Positions 37,834-46,784 of a stretch of DNA of 64,000 nucleotides are shown piece by piece. The number at the start of each line of letters is the position of its first letter. Positions within the stretch are counted from its first letter, which is position 1. Origin of the DNA: Isoptericola halotolerans. Its GTDB lineage: Bacteria; Actinomycetota; Actinomycetes; Actinomycetales; Cellulomonadaceae. Made by a program: the position numbers and the translations under genes. Under the pieces are notes generated by a model. The model worked only from the letters and a program-made list of their open reading frames with translations. It had not been told where the DNA came from and did not search any database. Location of the stretch: assembly GCF_013149785.1 (NCBI RefSeq), contig NZ_JABEZU010000001.1:1-64000 (forward strand), written 5' to 3'.

Positions 37834-38907
37834 CTACGTCCGGTCCGCGTGCCGAGGTTCCGGCGCGTCGGCGGGCGTGCCGGCACCCCGCAGCGCTCGC
37901 GCCTCGGCGACGGCGTCGGCCCGCTTGGCGGCCTTCTTGTCGCTGGCACGGGTGTCGCGCGGCGGGAGCTGGATCGCCTCCTCGGCGGCGATGCCGCCCT
38001 GCAGCTCGCGGCTGCGCTCCAGCTCGGCGTCGAGCTCCGCCCCGAACAGCAGCGCGAGGTTCGTGATCCACAGCCACAGCAGGAACACGATGACACCGCC
38101 GAGGGTGCCGTACGTCGACCCGTAGCTGCCGAACTGGGTGACGTAGAACCCGAACGCGGCGGAAGCCACCACCCACACGAGGATCGCCACGGCCGCCCCG
38201 ATGCTGATCCACCGGAACTTCGGCTGCTTGACGTTGGGCGTGAGGTGGTAGAGCAGCGCGACGACGACCACCACGAGGAGCAGCGCGACCGGCCACTTGG
38301 CGATCTGCCAGACGGTGAGCGCGGTGCCGCCGAGCCCGACGGCGCTGCCCACGGCCTCGGCGACCGGTCCGGACAGCACCAGGTTGGCGACCACCAGGGC
38401 CGCGAGGACCACTGTGATGACGGTGACCACCAGCATGATCGGGCGCAGCTTCCAGAACGGGCGTCCCTCCTCGACCTCGTAGATGCGGTTCATCGCTCGG
38501 CTGAACGCGGTGACGTACCCGGAGGCCGACCACAGGGCGACCACCAGACCGAGGACGAGGGCCAGGCCCGCACCGGTCGAGCTCGCGGCGTTCTCGACGA
38601 GCGGTTCGATGATCGCCAGGGTCTCGGCGGGCAGGAAGTCCGAGACGGTGTCCGTCACCGAGTCGACCGCGGCCTCGGCGTCGGCGACGAGACCGAGGAC
38701 GGAGATCAGAGCCAGCAGCGCCGGCGCGGACGCGAGCACGGCGAAGAACGTGAGCGCGGCGGCGAGGTCGATGCACTGGTCGTCGCCGAACTCGCGGAAG
38801 GCTCCCTTGATCGCCCGCTTCCAGTGCGGCCCGTGCAGGTCGGGCGGCGAGTCGGGCGTGGAGTCACGGTGCGTCTCGCGCGTGCGCGGCTCGTCGGTGT
38901 CAGCCAT
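37834..38907 (-). CDS. YihY/virulence factor BrkB family membrane protein
   Basis: DLAAALTFF, LWSASGY, AMNRIY, YGSTYGTLGGVIVFLLWLW, GAELDAE. Confidence 0.9.
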   Translation of the reverse strand: MADTDEPRTRETHRDSTPDSPPDLHGPHWKRAIKGAFREFGDDQCIDLAAALTFFAVLASAPALLALISVLGLVADAEAAVDSVTDTVSDFLPAETLAIIEPLVENAASSTGAGLALVLGLVVALWSASGYVTAFSRAMNRIYEVEEGRPFWKLRPIMLVVTVITVVLAALVVANLVLSGPVAEAVGSAVGLGGTALTVWQIAKWPVALLLVVVVVALLYHLTPNVKQPKFRWISIGAAVAILVWVVASAAFGFYVTQFGSYGSTYGTLGGVIVFLLWLWITNLALLFGAELDAELERSRELQGGIAAEEAIQLPPRDTRASDKKAAKRADAVAEARALRGAGTPADAPEPRHADRT

Positions 38908-39018
38908 CGGCCCTCCAGGTGTCGTCGAGACCATCACCAGGCTCTGCGTGGAAGGCGATGCCCGCAACGCGAGCCGGGGCCGTCCAGAAATCCCGTGCGT
39001 CCGAGGCAAGGTGGCCGC

Positions 39019-39189
39019 TAGCCTCGGACGCATGGGAACACTGGTCTGAGCGCACGGGACGCCGCGTCGAGCACGCTCCGCGGCGGGTCCTTCGCACGCG
39101 TGCCGCCACGGCCCGCGTGAGACGACCATCCCTCATGCCCACCTCGGCCTGCGTCCGCACGGACGCGCCCGAGGAGATCGGAGTTCCCT
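39019..39189 (+). promoter_or_regulatory. Putative ribosome-dependent attenuator leader of the ABC-F gene
   Basis: -10 TAGCCT (39019-39024), uORF at 39032, GC-rich hairpins at about 39056-39090 and 39150-39165. Confidence 0.55.
39032..39049 (+). CDS. Putative leaderless leader peptide MGTLV
   Basis: ATG GGA ACA CTG GTC TGA, 7 nt after a TANNNT hexamer and 140 nt upstream of the ABC-F start. Confidence 0.5.
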   Translation: MGTLV

Positions 39190-40851
39190 GTGCGCACCTC
39201 CGCCTGTCCCGTCCAGTACCGGCTCGACGGCGTCGTCCGTCGTTTCGCCGACCGTCTCGTCCTCGACGAGGTCGACCTCACCCTGCGACCCGGCGAACGC
39301 GCCGGCGTCGTCGGTGACAACGGCTCCGGCAAGACCACCCTGCTGCGCGTCCTCGCGGGCGACCTCACCGTCGACGCGGGGGAGCGCGTCGTCGTCGCGC
39401 CCGGCGGCGTCGCCGTCGCCCACCAGCATCTCGGCCTGCCGCCGACGGCGTCGGTCGCGACGACGATCGACCACGTCCTGGCCCCGGTGCGGGCGATCGA
39501 GCGACGGCTGGGAGAGCTCGAGGCCGCGATCGGCACCGCGGGCGCCCACCGCCGGGCCGGGCTCCTCGCGGAGTACGCCGACGTGACGGCCGAGCTCGAC
39601 GCCGTGGACGGCCGCACCGTCGACGTCCGCGTGGCCACCGGCCTCGCTGTCCTCGGCCTCGGCGGGCTCGACCGGTCGCGCCCGATCGGCACCCTCTCCG
39701 GCGGGGAGCGGCACCGCCTCGCCCTGGCGGCGGCCCTGGCCACGCCGTGCGACCTGCTGCTCCTGGACGAACCCACGAACGACCTCGACGACGGCGCGAT
39801 CGCCTGGCTGGAGGACCGCCTCGACGCACACCGCGGCACCGTCGTCGCCGTCTCGCACGACCGCGCGTTCCTCGACCGGCTCACCTCGGTGATCCTCGAG
39901 GTCGACGACGGCCGCGTGCGGCGGTACGGCGGCGGGTACGCCGGCTACCTCGCGGCGAGGTCGGCCGAGCGGCAGCGCCGCGCGGCCGAGCACGAGCACT
40001 GGCGTGCCGAGCTGGCCCGGCAACGGCGGCTGATCGGCACGCACGCGGCACGGGTCGAGGCGGTCCCACGCAAGCTGGAGCTGGACGGGTTCGGGCACGG
40101 CGCCTTCCGGGCCCGGGCTCGTGGCCACGGCTCGATGAGCCGCGTCCGGGCGGCGAAGGAGCAGGTCGCGCGCCTGGAGGCGGCGCCGGCACCGGCACCC
40201 GCCGTGCCGCTGGCGTTCCGGCCCCGCCTCGCGGTGCCCGACGACGGCGCACCTGCCGGGGCGGGCCGCCCGCCGCGCGACGAGGTCTCGTCGCACGTGG
40301 TGAGCGTCGAGGGCCTGCGGGTCGCCGGTCGCCTCAGCCTGGAGGGCTTTCGGGTGGCGCCGGGCGAGCGGGTGCTCGTCACCGGGCCGAACGGTGCGGG
40401 CAAGAGCACCCTGCTCGGTGTGGTCGCCGGCGAGGTGACGCCCGACGCCGGGACCGTGGCGGTGCACGGGCGGGTCGCCCACCTGCGGCAGGAGGACCGC
40501 GCGGGGTCGGCGGGCGTGCCGTTGCTGCTCGCCTACGCCGAGGGCCGCGACGCGTCCCTCGACGAGCTGGCCGAGGAGCTCCTGGCGACCGGCCTGTTCC
40601 GCCCGGACGACCTGGCACGCCCGACGGGGGAGCTCTCCCAGGGTCAGCGTCGCCGGCTGGAGCTCGCCCGCGCCGTCGCGCAGCCCGCCGACCTGCTGCT
40701 CCTCGACGAGCCCACCAACCATCTGGTGCCGGAGCTGGTCGAGCAGCTGGAGGAGGCCCTCGTCGACTACCCGGGCGCCGTCGTCCTCGTCACGCACGAC
40801 CGGCTGCTGCGGGCGCGCTTCCCGGGGCGCCACGTTCCGCTGGGCGGGTGA
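39190..40851 (+). CDS. ABC-F ribosomal protection protein, TlrC/CarA/OleB/SrmB-like
   Basis: Two ABC domains (GDNGSGKTT/LSGGE/LLDEPTN; GPNGAGKST/LSQGQ/LLDEPTNHL), no TM segments; extended linker GFGHGAFRARARGHGSMSRVRAAKEQVARL. Confidence 0.85.
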   Translation: MRTSACPVQYRLDGVVRRFADRLVLDEVDLTLRPGERAGVVGDNGSGKTTLLRVLAGDLTVDAGERVVVAPGGVAVAHQHLGLPPTASVATTIDHVLAPVRAIERRLGELEAAIGTAGAHRRAGLLAEYADVTAELDAVDGRTVDVRVATGLAVLGLGGLDRSRPIGTLSGGERHRLALAAALATPCDLLLLDEPTNDLDDGAIAWLEDRLDAHRGTVVAVSHDRAFLDRLTSVILEVDDGRVRRYGGGYAGYLAARSAERQRRAAEHEHWRAELARQRRLIGTHAARVEAVPRKLELDGFGHGAFRARARGHGSMSRVRAAKEQVARLEAAPAPAPAVPLAFRPRLAVPDDGAPAGAGRPPRDEVSSHVVSVEGLRVAGRLSLEGFRVAPGERVLVTGPNGAGKSTLLGVVAGEVTPDAGTVAVHGRVAHLRQEDRAGSAGVPLLLAYAEGRDASLDELAEELLATGLFRPDDLARPTGELSQGQRRRLELARAVAQPADLLLLDEPTNHLVPELVEQLEEALVDYPGAVVLVTHDRLLRARFPGRHVPLGG

Positions 40852-41386
40852 CGGGCTCCCGACCCGGCGACGTGCTCCTCGCGTCGAGCCCGGCCAGCAG
40901 CTTGCGCAGGATCGTGTCGAAGGCCTGGGCCTCGCCCTCGGTGAGCAGGTCGAGGAGCCGGGTCTCGTTGCGGGCGTGGTCGGTGACGGCGGCGTCGACG
41001 ACGGCGAGCCCGTCGGGGGTGAGGCCGACCAGCAGGCTCCGCCGGTCGTCGGGTGCGGAGCGTCGGGTGACGAGCCCGCGCCGCTCGAGGCGGTCGATGC
41101 GCTTGGTCATGCCGGCACGGGTGATGAGCAGGATGTCGGCGAGGTGGGACGGGCTGAGCTCGTAGGGGGCGCCCGTGCGCCGTAGCCCGGCGAGGACGTC
41201 GAACTCGCCACGGTCCAGGCCGTGGGCGGCGAACACCGCGTCCACGGCCCGGCCGCCCACGAGGTGCAGCCGGGCGAAGCGGGCCAGCGTGCCCATCGCG
41301 CGCAGGTCGAGGTCCGGACGTTCGCGCTGCCAGTGGGCGACGGCGATGTCGGCGAAGTCGGGTGTGCCGTCGGAGTGCTCGACCAT
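40790..41386 (-). CDS. MarR family regulator
   Basis: WQRERPDLD, EFDVLAGLRR, LSPSHLA, DDRRSLLVGLT; TATCGT -10 before the ATG. Confidence 0.9.
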   Translation of the reverse strand: MVEHSDGTPDFADIAVAHWQRERPDLDLRAMGTLARFARLHLVGGRAVDAVFAAHGLDRGEFDVLAGLRRTGAPYELSPSHLADILLITRAGMTKRIDRLERRGLVTRRSAPDDRRSLLVGLTPDGLAVVDAAVTDHARNETRLLDLLTEGEAQAFDTILRKLLAGLDARSTSPGREPVTRPAERGAPGSAPAAAGRA

Positions 41387-41446
41387 GCCATCACGATACT
41401 CCACCGGTATATAGTCAACCAGGAAACCACTTGGGAGGCTGCTCTG

Positions 41447-41902
41447 ATGAAACCTGTCCGCGTCCACACCTCGATCGACGTGGGCGTGCCTGCGGCCGTC
41501 GCGTGGGAGTACCTCAGCGTCTACGCGAACGACCTCGCCTGGCGCGCGGGCCTGGAGCAGATGACCCAGGAGCCGGCGGGACCGGTGCACGACGGCGCCC
41601 GGGTCACCGAGACCCTGCGCGTGCTCGGCCGGACCGTCGAGAGCGCGGTCGAGGTCTCCGACGTGCGCCCGGGCCGTTCGTTCCGCTGGCGGGTCGCCGA
41701 CGGCACGGCCGAGGGCAGCCGGACGGTGACGCCGACAGCGGCGGGATCGTGCCGGGTCGACGTCGTCAAGGTGGTCACCCTCTCCGGGAGCGACCGTCTC
41801 CTGCGTCCGCTGGTGAGCGTCGTGATCACGCGCACCGAGCGTCAGGACCTCCGGCGGTTGCGCCGGACGCTGGAGCGTCTCGAGGTCATCGGGGCTGCTT
41901 GA
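41447..41902 (+). CDS. SRPBCC (polyketide cyclase/dehydrase-like) protein
   Basis: GGGAGG RBS; VAWEYLSVYANDLAWR, DLRRLRRTLE; divergent from MarR. Confidence 0.8.
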   Translation: MKPVRVHTSIDVGVPAAVAWEYLSVYANDLAWRAGLEQMTQEPAGPVHDGARVTETLRVLGRTVESAVEVSDVRPGRSFRWRVADGTAEGSRTVTPTAAGSCRVDVVKVVTLSGSDRLLRPLVSVVITRTERQDLRRLRRTLERLEVIGAA

Positions 41903-42236
41903 GACCGATGACGACGCCGTGGGGATCCTTGACGTACCCGACCCGCCCTTCACCGGGCAGGTCGAGGATCTCGCCTGCCGAGGCTCCGCCGGCCGTCTCG
42001 ACGGACGCGACCGCGGCGTCGATGTCGGGTACCTCGATCCAGACGATGGTGCTCTGCGACTGGTACCGGCTGCTCATGACGGCGGCGTCGACGCCGCTGC
42101 CGTCCCCGGTGCGGGCGACGAGGTAGTCCGGGACGTGGGGAGAGGCGGTGGACTCCCAGCCGAAGGCACGGGCGTAGAAGTCCGCGGTCTTCTCGGGGGA
42201 GGTGCTGGTCAGCTCGACGTGGATGATTGTTCCCAT
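41886..42236 (-). CDS. VOC/glyoxalase family protein
   Basis: IIHVEL, FYARAFGW, VPDIDAAVASVETAGG, KDPHGVVIGL. Confidence 0.9.
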   Translation of the reverse strand: MGTIIHVELTSTSPEKTADFYARAFGWESTASPHVPDYLVARTGDGSGVDAAVMSSRYQSQSTIVWIEVPDIDAAVASVETAGGASAGEILDLPGEGRVGYVKDPHGVVIGLKQPR

Positions 42237-42282
42237 GCCCCCACGCTAGGGACGCCGGGGGTGCCGGGCTTGAAGGAATCGG

Positions 42283-43071
42283 TCAGCCTGCGGACCGTGC
42301 CATGAGACGGGCGATGCCGTCGTAGGTGTCGCGGAACGTCGTCGCCGTCATCCCTGTGAAGCGGGTGAAGTCGCGCGAGGCGTGCGACTGGTCGGCGTAC
42401 CCGGCCAGCGCCGCGAGCAGGGCCGTCGGCAGGCCACCCGCCTCCGCGAGCAGCGCGTCGGTGAAGGCTCGGTGCCGCATGACCTGGAGGTACTGCTTCG
42501 GGGACAGCCCGATCCCGCGACGGAACGCCCGGTAGAGGGTCGAGGGGGCGACGGCGAGCTCGGCGGACAGCGAACCGACGTCGACGGCGGACGGCGCGGC
42601 GTCGATCCGAGCCGTCGCCTGCGCGAGGAGCTCGTGCGAGGCGGTCCGCCGCCCGGGAAGGAACCCGTCGAGCCAGCGGTCGAGCTCAGGGGCAGGATCC
42701 TCGGCGAGGGATCCCTTGCCGGGCAACGGTCCGATCGCGTCGACCACCTGCGCCGGCTGGTCCGGAGCCCGGGGGAACAGTGCGCGGCCTCCCCAGGGCG
42801 TGAACTGGATGCCGACGTAGTGGGAGGGCCCCTCCTGCGCGATGACCATCGGCGCGGTGCCGGTCGGGAGGTAGACGTCCGCGTTCTCCCGGTCGGGCCC
42901 GTCCGCGGAGAAGCGGCGCCCCGGACGGCCCAGGCAGAACTGGACGGTGCCGCGCCCGTTCGGCACGAGCACGGCACGCAGCGGCTCTGGAGGTGCGGGG
43001 GAGACCACCGACCAGTAGTGCTCGACGAGTCCCGTGAAGCGCGACGCCGGGGCGTGGCGACGGTAGTCCAA
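42283..43071 (-). CDS. AraC family regulator (DUF6597-type N-terminus)
   Basis: LVEHYW, VLVPNG, TLYRAFRRGIGLSPKQY, GYADQSHASRDFTRFTGMT; probable TTG start after a GGAG RBS (start uncertain). Confidence 0.85.
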   Translation of the reverse strand: MDYRRHAPASRFTGLVEHYWSVVSPAPPEPLRAVLVPNGRGTVQFCLGRPGRRFSADGPDRENADVYLPTGTAPMVIAQEGPSHYVGIQFTPWGGRALFPRAPDQPAQVVDAIGPLPGKGSLAEDPAPELDRWLDGFLPGRRTASHELLAQATARIDAAPSAVDVGSLSAELAVAPSTLYRAFRRGIGLSPKQYLQVMRHRAFTDALLAEAGGLPTALLAALAGYADQSHASRDFTRFTGMTATTFRDTYDGIARLMARSAG

Positions 43072-43156
43072 CGCGGGCTCCTGTCCGGGCCGGGCCTGCG
43101 ACAGCGCGGCCGCCGGAGACCGTGCACCGGCTGCCCTTTCCAAGGTATAGCGCACG

Positions 43157-43179
43157 GGGGGTCTTGCGGCAAGACCCCC
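43157..43179. promoter_or_regulatory. Rifamycin-associated element (RAE)-like palindrome
   Basis: GGGGGTCTTGC-G-GCAAGACCCCC, perfect 11-bp arms, about 60 nt upstream of helR. Confidence 0.8.
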
Positions 43180-43240
43180 TGCGAGGCGCAGAATCTCGAG
43201 TCTCCGCCCCTGCCGCCCCGGGGCCTCGCGACCGGAGCTG

Positions 43241-45532
43241 ATGCCCGTGACCTCCCGTTCCTCGAGCGCCTTCGCCCTGCCCGTCTCCCGTGCCGCCAAG
43301 TCCGACGACGCCCTGATCGCCGCCGACGAGCGGCACTTCGCCGCGATCGCCGCCAGCATCGCGGCGTCGACGGCGGACCTCACCGCACGTCTCGACGTCG
43401 CCCGTCGTGCCCCGGCCGGTTCCGGCCAGGCGGCCCTCGACCGCGACCAGGAGGTCCACCGGCTCACCGCGCGCCTGCGCACCCTGCGACGCTTCGGCCT
43501 GGACCTCTGCCTCGGCCGCATGGTCCCGGCCGACGGCGGTGAGCCCGTCTACGTGGGCAGGCTCGGCCTGACCGACGGCGACGGCGCGCGCCTGCTCGTC
43601 GACTGGCGCTCGCCCGCCGCCGAGCCGTTCTTCGGGGCGACGCACGCCGACCCCATGGGCCTGGCGAGCCGCCGCCGCTTCCACTGGTCCGACGGGCGGG
43701 TGAGCGACTACTGGGACGAGGTCTTCGTCACCGACGCGCTGCGGGGCGCCCACGGGACCGACGGGCTGGACCAGCACCCGGCCCTCGACGACCAGTCCGC
43801 CTTCGTCGCGAGCCTCGGCGCCGAGCGCTCGGACCGGGTGCGAGACGTCCTCGGCACCATCCAGGCCGACCAGGACGCCATCATCCGCGCCGGGTCGCAG
43901 GGCACCCTGGTGGTCGACGGCGGTCCGGGCACCGGCAAGACGGTCGTCGCCCTGCACCGCACGGCGTACCTGCTGTACTCCGACCCGCGCCTGGGCCACC
44001 GCCGTGGGGGCGTGCTGTTCGTCGGTCCGCACCGGCCGTACCTGGCCTATGTCTCCGACGTCCTGCCGAGCCTCGGGGAGGAGGGTGTGCAGACCTGCGT
44101 CCTGGCGGACCTCGTCCCGGAGGGCGCGACCGCGGCTCCCGAGCCGGACCCGCAGGTGGCGCACCTGAAGGCCGATGCCCGCCTGGTCGGTGCGATCGAG
44201 CCCGCCGTGCGGATCTCCGAGCAGCCGCCGACCGAGGGGCTGCTCGTCGAGACGCCCTCGGCGGACGTGTGGATCGGCGCCGACGACTGGGCCGAGGCGT
44301 TCGGCGCGGCCGAGCCCGGCACCCCGCACAACGACGCGCGGGACCAGGTGTGGGAGGCGCTGCTGCGGATCGGCGTCGACAAGCTGCGCGACGAGCTCGA
44401 GGCGCCCGGTGAGCTCGACGGGCCGGACGCGCTGGACGGGGCCGACGAGCACGGCGGAGCCTGGGACGAGGACGGTCGCGAGGACGAGTTCGACGCCTAC
44501 GGGCGCGCCGCCGTCGACCCGGACGCCGCCTCGCGCGAGGCGCTCGCGGGGAGCCGCGAGCTGCGGCGGGCGTTCGACCGGGCCTGGCCGCTGCTGGAGC
44601 CGGCGGACGTGGTCGCCGACCTGTGGGAGGTCCCCGCCTACCTGCGCCTGTGCGCGCCGTGGTTGGCCCCCGGGGAGGTGGCGGCGCTGCAGCGCACCGA
44701 CCCGCGGGCCTGGACCGAGGCCGACCTGCCGCTGCTGGACACCGCGTACCGCCGCGTCGGGGACCCGGACGCGGCCCGCCGTCGTCGGCGGCAGGCGGCC
44801 GCCGCCGCGACCGAGCGGGCGCGGATGGCCGACGTGGTCGACGACCTGATCGCCACCGACGACTCCGACCTGGGCGTGATGTCCATGCTGCGCGGCCAGG
44901 ACCTGCGGGCGGCGCTCGTGGACACCTCGGCGGTGCCGGCCGCCGAGCCGGACGCCCTGGCCGGGCCGTTCGCGCACGTGGTGGTCGACGAGGCGCAGGA
45001 GCTGACCGACGCGCAGTGGCAGATGCTGCTGGCCCGCTGTCCGTCGCGGAGCCTGACGGTGGTGGGGGACCGGGCGCAGGCCCGGCACGGCTTCACCGAG
45101 TCGTGGACGCACCGCCTGGGACGGGTCGGCCTGAACCGTGTCGACGTCGCCTCGCTGACGATCAACTACCGCACGCCCCGCGAGGTGATGGCCGAGGCCG
45201 AGCCGGTGATCCGGGCCGCGATCCCCGACGCGAACGTGCCGACCTCGGTGCGCTCCGCAGGACCGGTGCGGCACGGGACGACGGCGGAGCTCGACCGAGT
45301 GCTGGACGGCTGGCTCGCCGAGCACCTCGGCACGGCCTGCGTGGTCGGCGCGCCGGACGTCGCCCCGCGGGACCGGGTGCGGGTGCTGGACCCCGAGCTG
45401 GTCAAGGGCCTCGAGTTCGACCTGGTGGTGCTCGTGGAGCCGCAGCGGTTCGGCGACGGGATCGAAGGGGCCGTGGACCGCTACGTCGCGATGACCCGCG
45501 CGACGCAGCGGCTCGTGGTGCTCACGGGCTGA
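43241..45532 (+). CDS. helR: RNA polymerase recycling/protection ATPase HelR (HelD family)
   Basis: N-terminal LIAADERHFAAI; YVGRLG, LVDWRSPAAEPFF, TIQADQDAIIR, GGPGTGKT, VVDEAQE, KGLEFD, YVAMTRAT; upstream RAE-like palindrome. Confidence 0.88.
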   Translation: MPVTSRSSSAFALPVSRAAKSDDALIAADERHFAAIAASIAASTADLTARLDVARRAPAGSGQAALDRDQEVHRLTARLRTLRRFGLDLCLGRMVPADGGEPVYVGRLGLTDGDGARLLVDWRSPAAEPFFGATHADPMGLASRRRFHWSDGRVSDYWDEVFVTDALRGAHGTDGLDQHPALDDQSAFVASLGAERSDRVRDVLGTIQADQDAIIRAGSQGTLVVDGGPGTGKTVVALHRTAYLLYSDPRLGHRRGGVLFVGPHRPYLAYVSDVLPSLGEEGVQTCVLADLVPEGATAAPEPDPQVAHLKADARLVGAIEPAVRISEQPPTEGLLVETPSADVWIGADDWAEAFGAAEPGTPHNDARDQVWEALLRIGVDKLRDELEAPGELDGPDALDGADEHGGAWDEDGREDEFDAYGRAAVDPDAASREALAGSRELRRAFDRAWPLLEPADVVADLWEVPAYLRLCAPWLAPGEVAALQRTDPRAWTEADLPLLDTAYRRVGDPDAARRRRRQAAAAATERARMADVVDDLIATDDSDLGVMSMLRGQDLRAALVDTSAVPAAEPDALAGPFAHVVVDEAQELTDAQWQMLLARCPSRSLTVVGDRAQARHGFTESWTHRLGRVGLNRVDVASLTINYRTPREVMAEAEPVIRAAIPDANVPTSVRSAGPVRHGTTAELDRVLDGWLAEHLGTACVVGAPDVAPRDRVRVLDPELVKGLEFDLVVLVEPQRFGDGIEGAVDRYVAMTRATQRLVVLTG

Positions 45533-46778
45533 GGCCGCCGACTGCCAGGGCCTCGGTGAGCACGCGCCCCTGGCAGCCGGCCGGCGGGTCGATGCCGAGC
45601 AGCGCGGCGATGGTCGGCGCGACGTCGACGTGCCGGGGGCCCGACGGCGGACGGCCCGGAGCGACGCCGGCACCCGCCAGGAGGAAGGCGACCTCGAGCT
45701 CGGTGGACGCTCCGTGCCGACCGGCCGGGCGGCGGGGTGCCCGGCCGAAGGACCAGCCGGGCTCGGGCTCGGCGACGAGCTCGCCGAGCAGCGGGCTCAT
45801 GTGCCTCGCGGCCTGCTCCTCCTTGCCGTGGACGACGCGGACCTGGGGAAGGGCCTCGATCGCCCGCCGGACCGCCCCGAGGGCCCGGGGGTCGCCGGCC
45901 GCCCGTCCCACCAGGTGCAGGCTCGCCACTCCTCCGACGACCACCACCACGTCGGTGCGCCGGCCGGGCGAATCGCCCGGACGCAGCATCTCTGCCCGGT
46001 AGCCGGCGCGGGCGATCGCCCGACGGACGGCGCGGCCGCAGCCGCGGTCGAAGGTCGTCATGCCGTGGTCGCCGAGCAGGACGAAGGCGGTGCGGTCGGT
46101 GATCCCGGCCCCCGCGACCGCGTCGACGAGGCGGCCCACCTGGGTGTCGATCTCCTGCAGGGCGGCGGGGATGCCGGGGTGCCGGTCGCCCCCGGCGTGC
46201 CCGAGCGCGTCGAGGGTGTCGCAGTACACGGCGAGCAGTCGGGGCAGGCGGCTGGTCGCGACGGGGCGGCCAGCGCTGACCACGGGCTCGCCGCGCAGCA
46301 CGGCGACCGCGTCGTCCACCCGTCGTGAGCAGTCGCCACCTGGTTGGGTGTACAGGCCGTCGGGGTCCCCGAAGGAGACCCCGTGGTCCTGCAGCACCGA
46401 CCACTGGGCCGAGAAGACGATGCCGCCCTGCTGCCGGACGGCCTCGGCGAGGGTGGGCACGGCGATCTCGCGCCGCTGGCCCTGCGCGGTGCGGGTCGAC
46501 GGGTCGTACCAGAACGCCGTGTTGCGGTGCTGCGCGGGCCAGGCGCCGGTGGCGATCGAGGTCCACGAGGGGTTGGTGATGCTCGGCAGCACCCCGGTGC
46601 CCGTGGTCAGGCTGCCGCGGCGCGCGAGAGCGTCCAGGTGCGGGGTCGGCAGGTCCTCGAGCAGGCGGAGGTAGCCGGCGTCGAACCCGTCGAGCGCCAC
46701 GAGGACGACGTGGTCGGCCGGGGGTGCGGCGTCGGGCGGCATGCTGTCCATGGTCGCCGCAGCGGCGCTCGCCGGCAC
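45522..46778 (-). CDS. Alkaline phosphatase superfamily nucleotide pyrophosphatase/phosphodiesterase
   Basis: LVALDGFD, PSITNPSWTSIATG (Thr nucleophile), DALGH, GDHG, GRHG, DVAPTIA; start uncertain. Confidence 0.85.
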   Translation of the reverse strand: MPASAAAATMDSMPPDAAPPADHVVLVALDGFDAGYLRLLEDLPTPHLDALARRGSLTTGTGVLPSITNPSWTSIATGAWPAQHRNTAFWYDPSTRTAQGQRREIAVPTLAEAVRQQGGIVFSAQWSVLQDHGVSFGDPDGLYTQPGGDCSRRVDDAVAVLRGEPVVSAGRPVATSRLPRLLAVYCDTLDALGHAGGDRHPGIPAALQEIDTQVGRLVDAVAGAGITDRTAFVLLGDHGMTTFDRGCGRAVRRAIARAGYRAEMLRPGDSPGRRTDVVVVVGGVASLHLVGRAAGDPRALGAVRRAIEALPQVRVVHGKEEQAARHMSPLLGELVAEPEPGWSFGRAPRRPAGRHGASTELEVAFLLAGAGVAPGRPPSGPRHVDVAPTIAALLGIDPPAGCQGRVLTEALAVGGLSP

Positions 46779-46784
46779 GGCGGC

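Noticed and set aside
40790..40851. 62-nt tail-to-tail overlap of MarR and ABC-F as antisense regulation
   Set aside because: Most simply a stop-codon shift giving MarR a low-complexity tail; common in GC-rich genomes.
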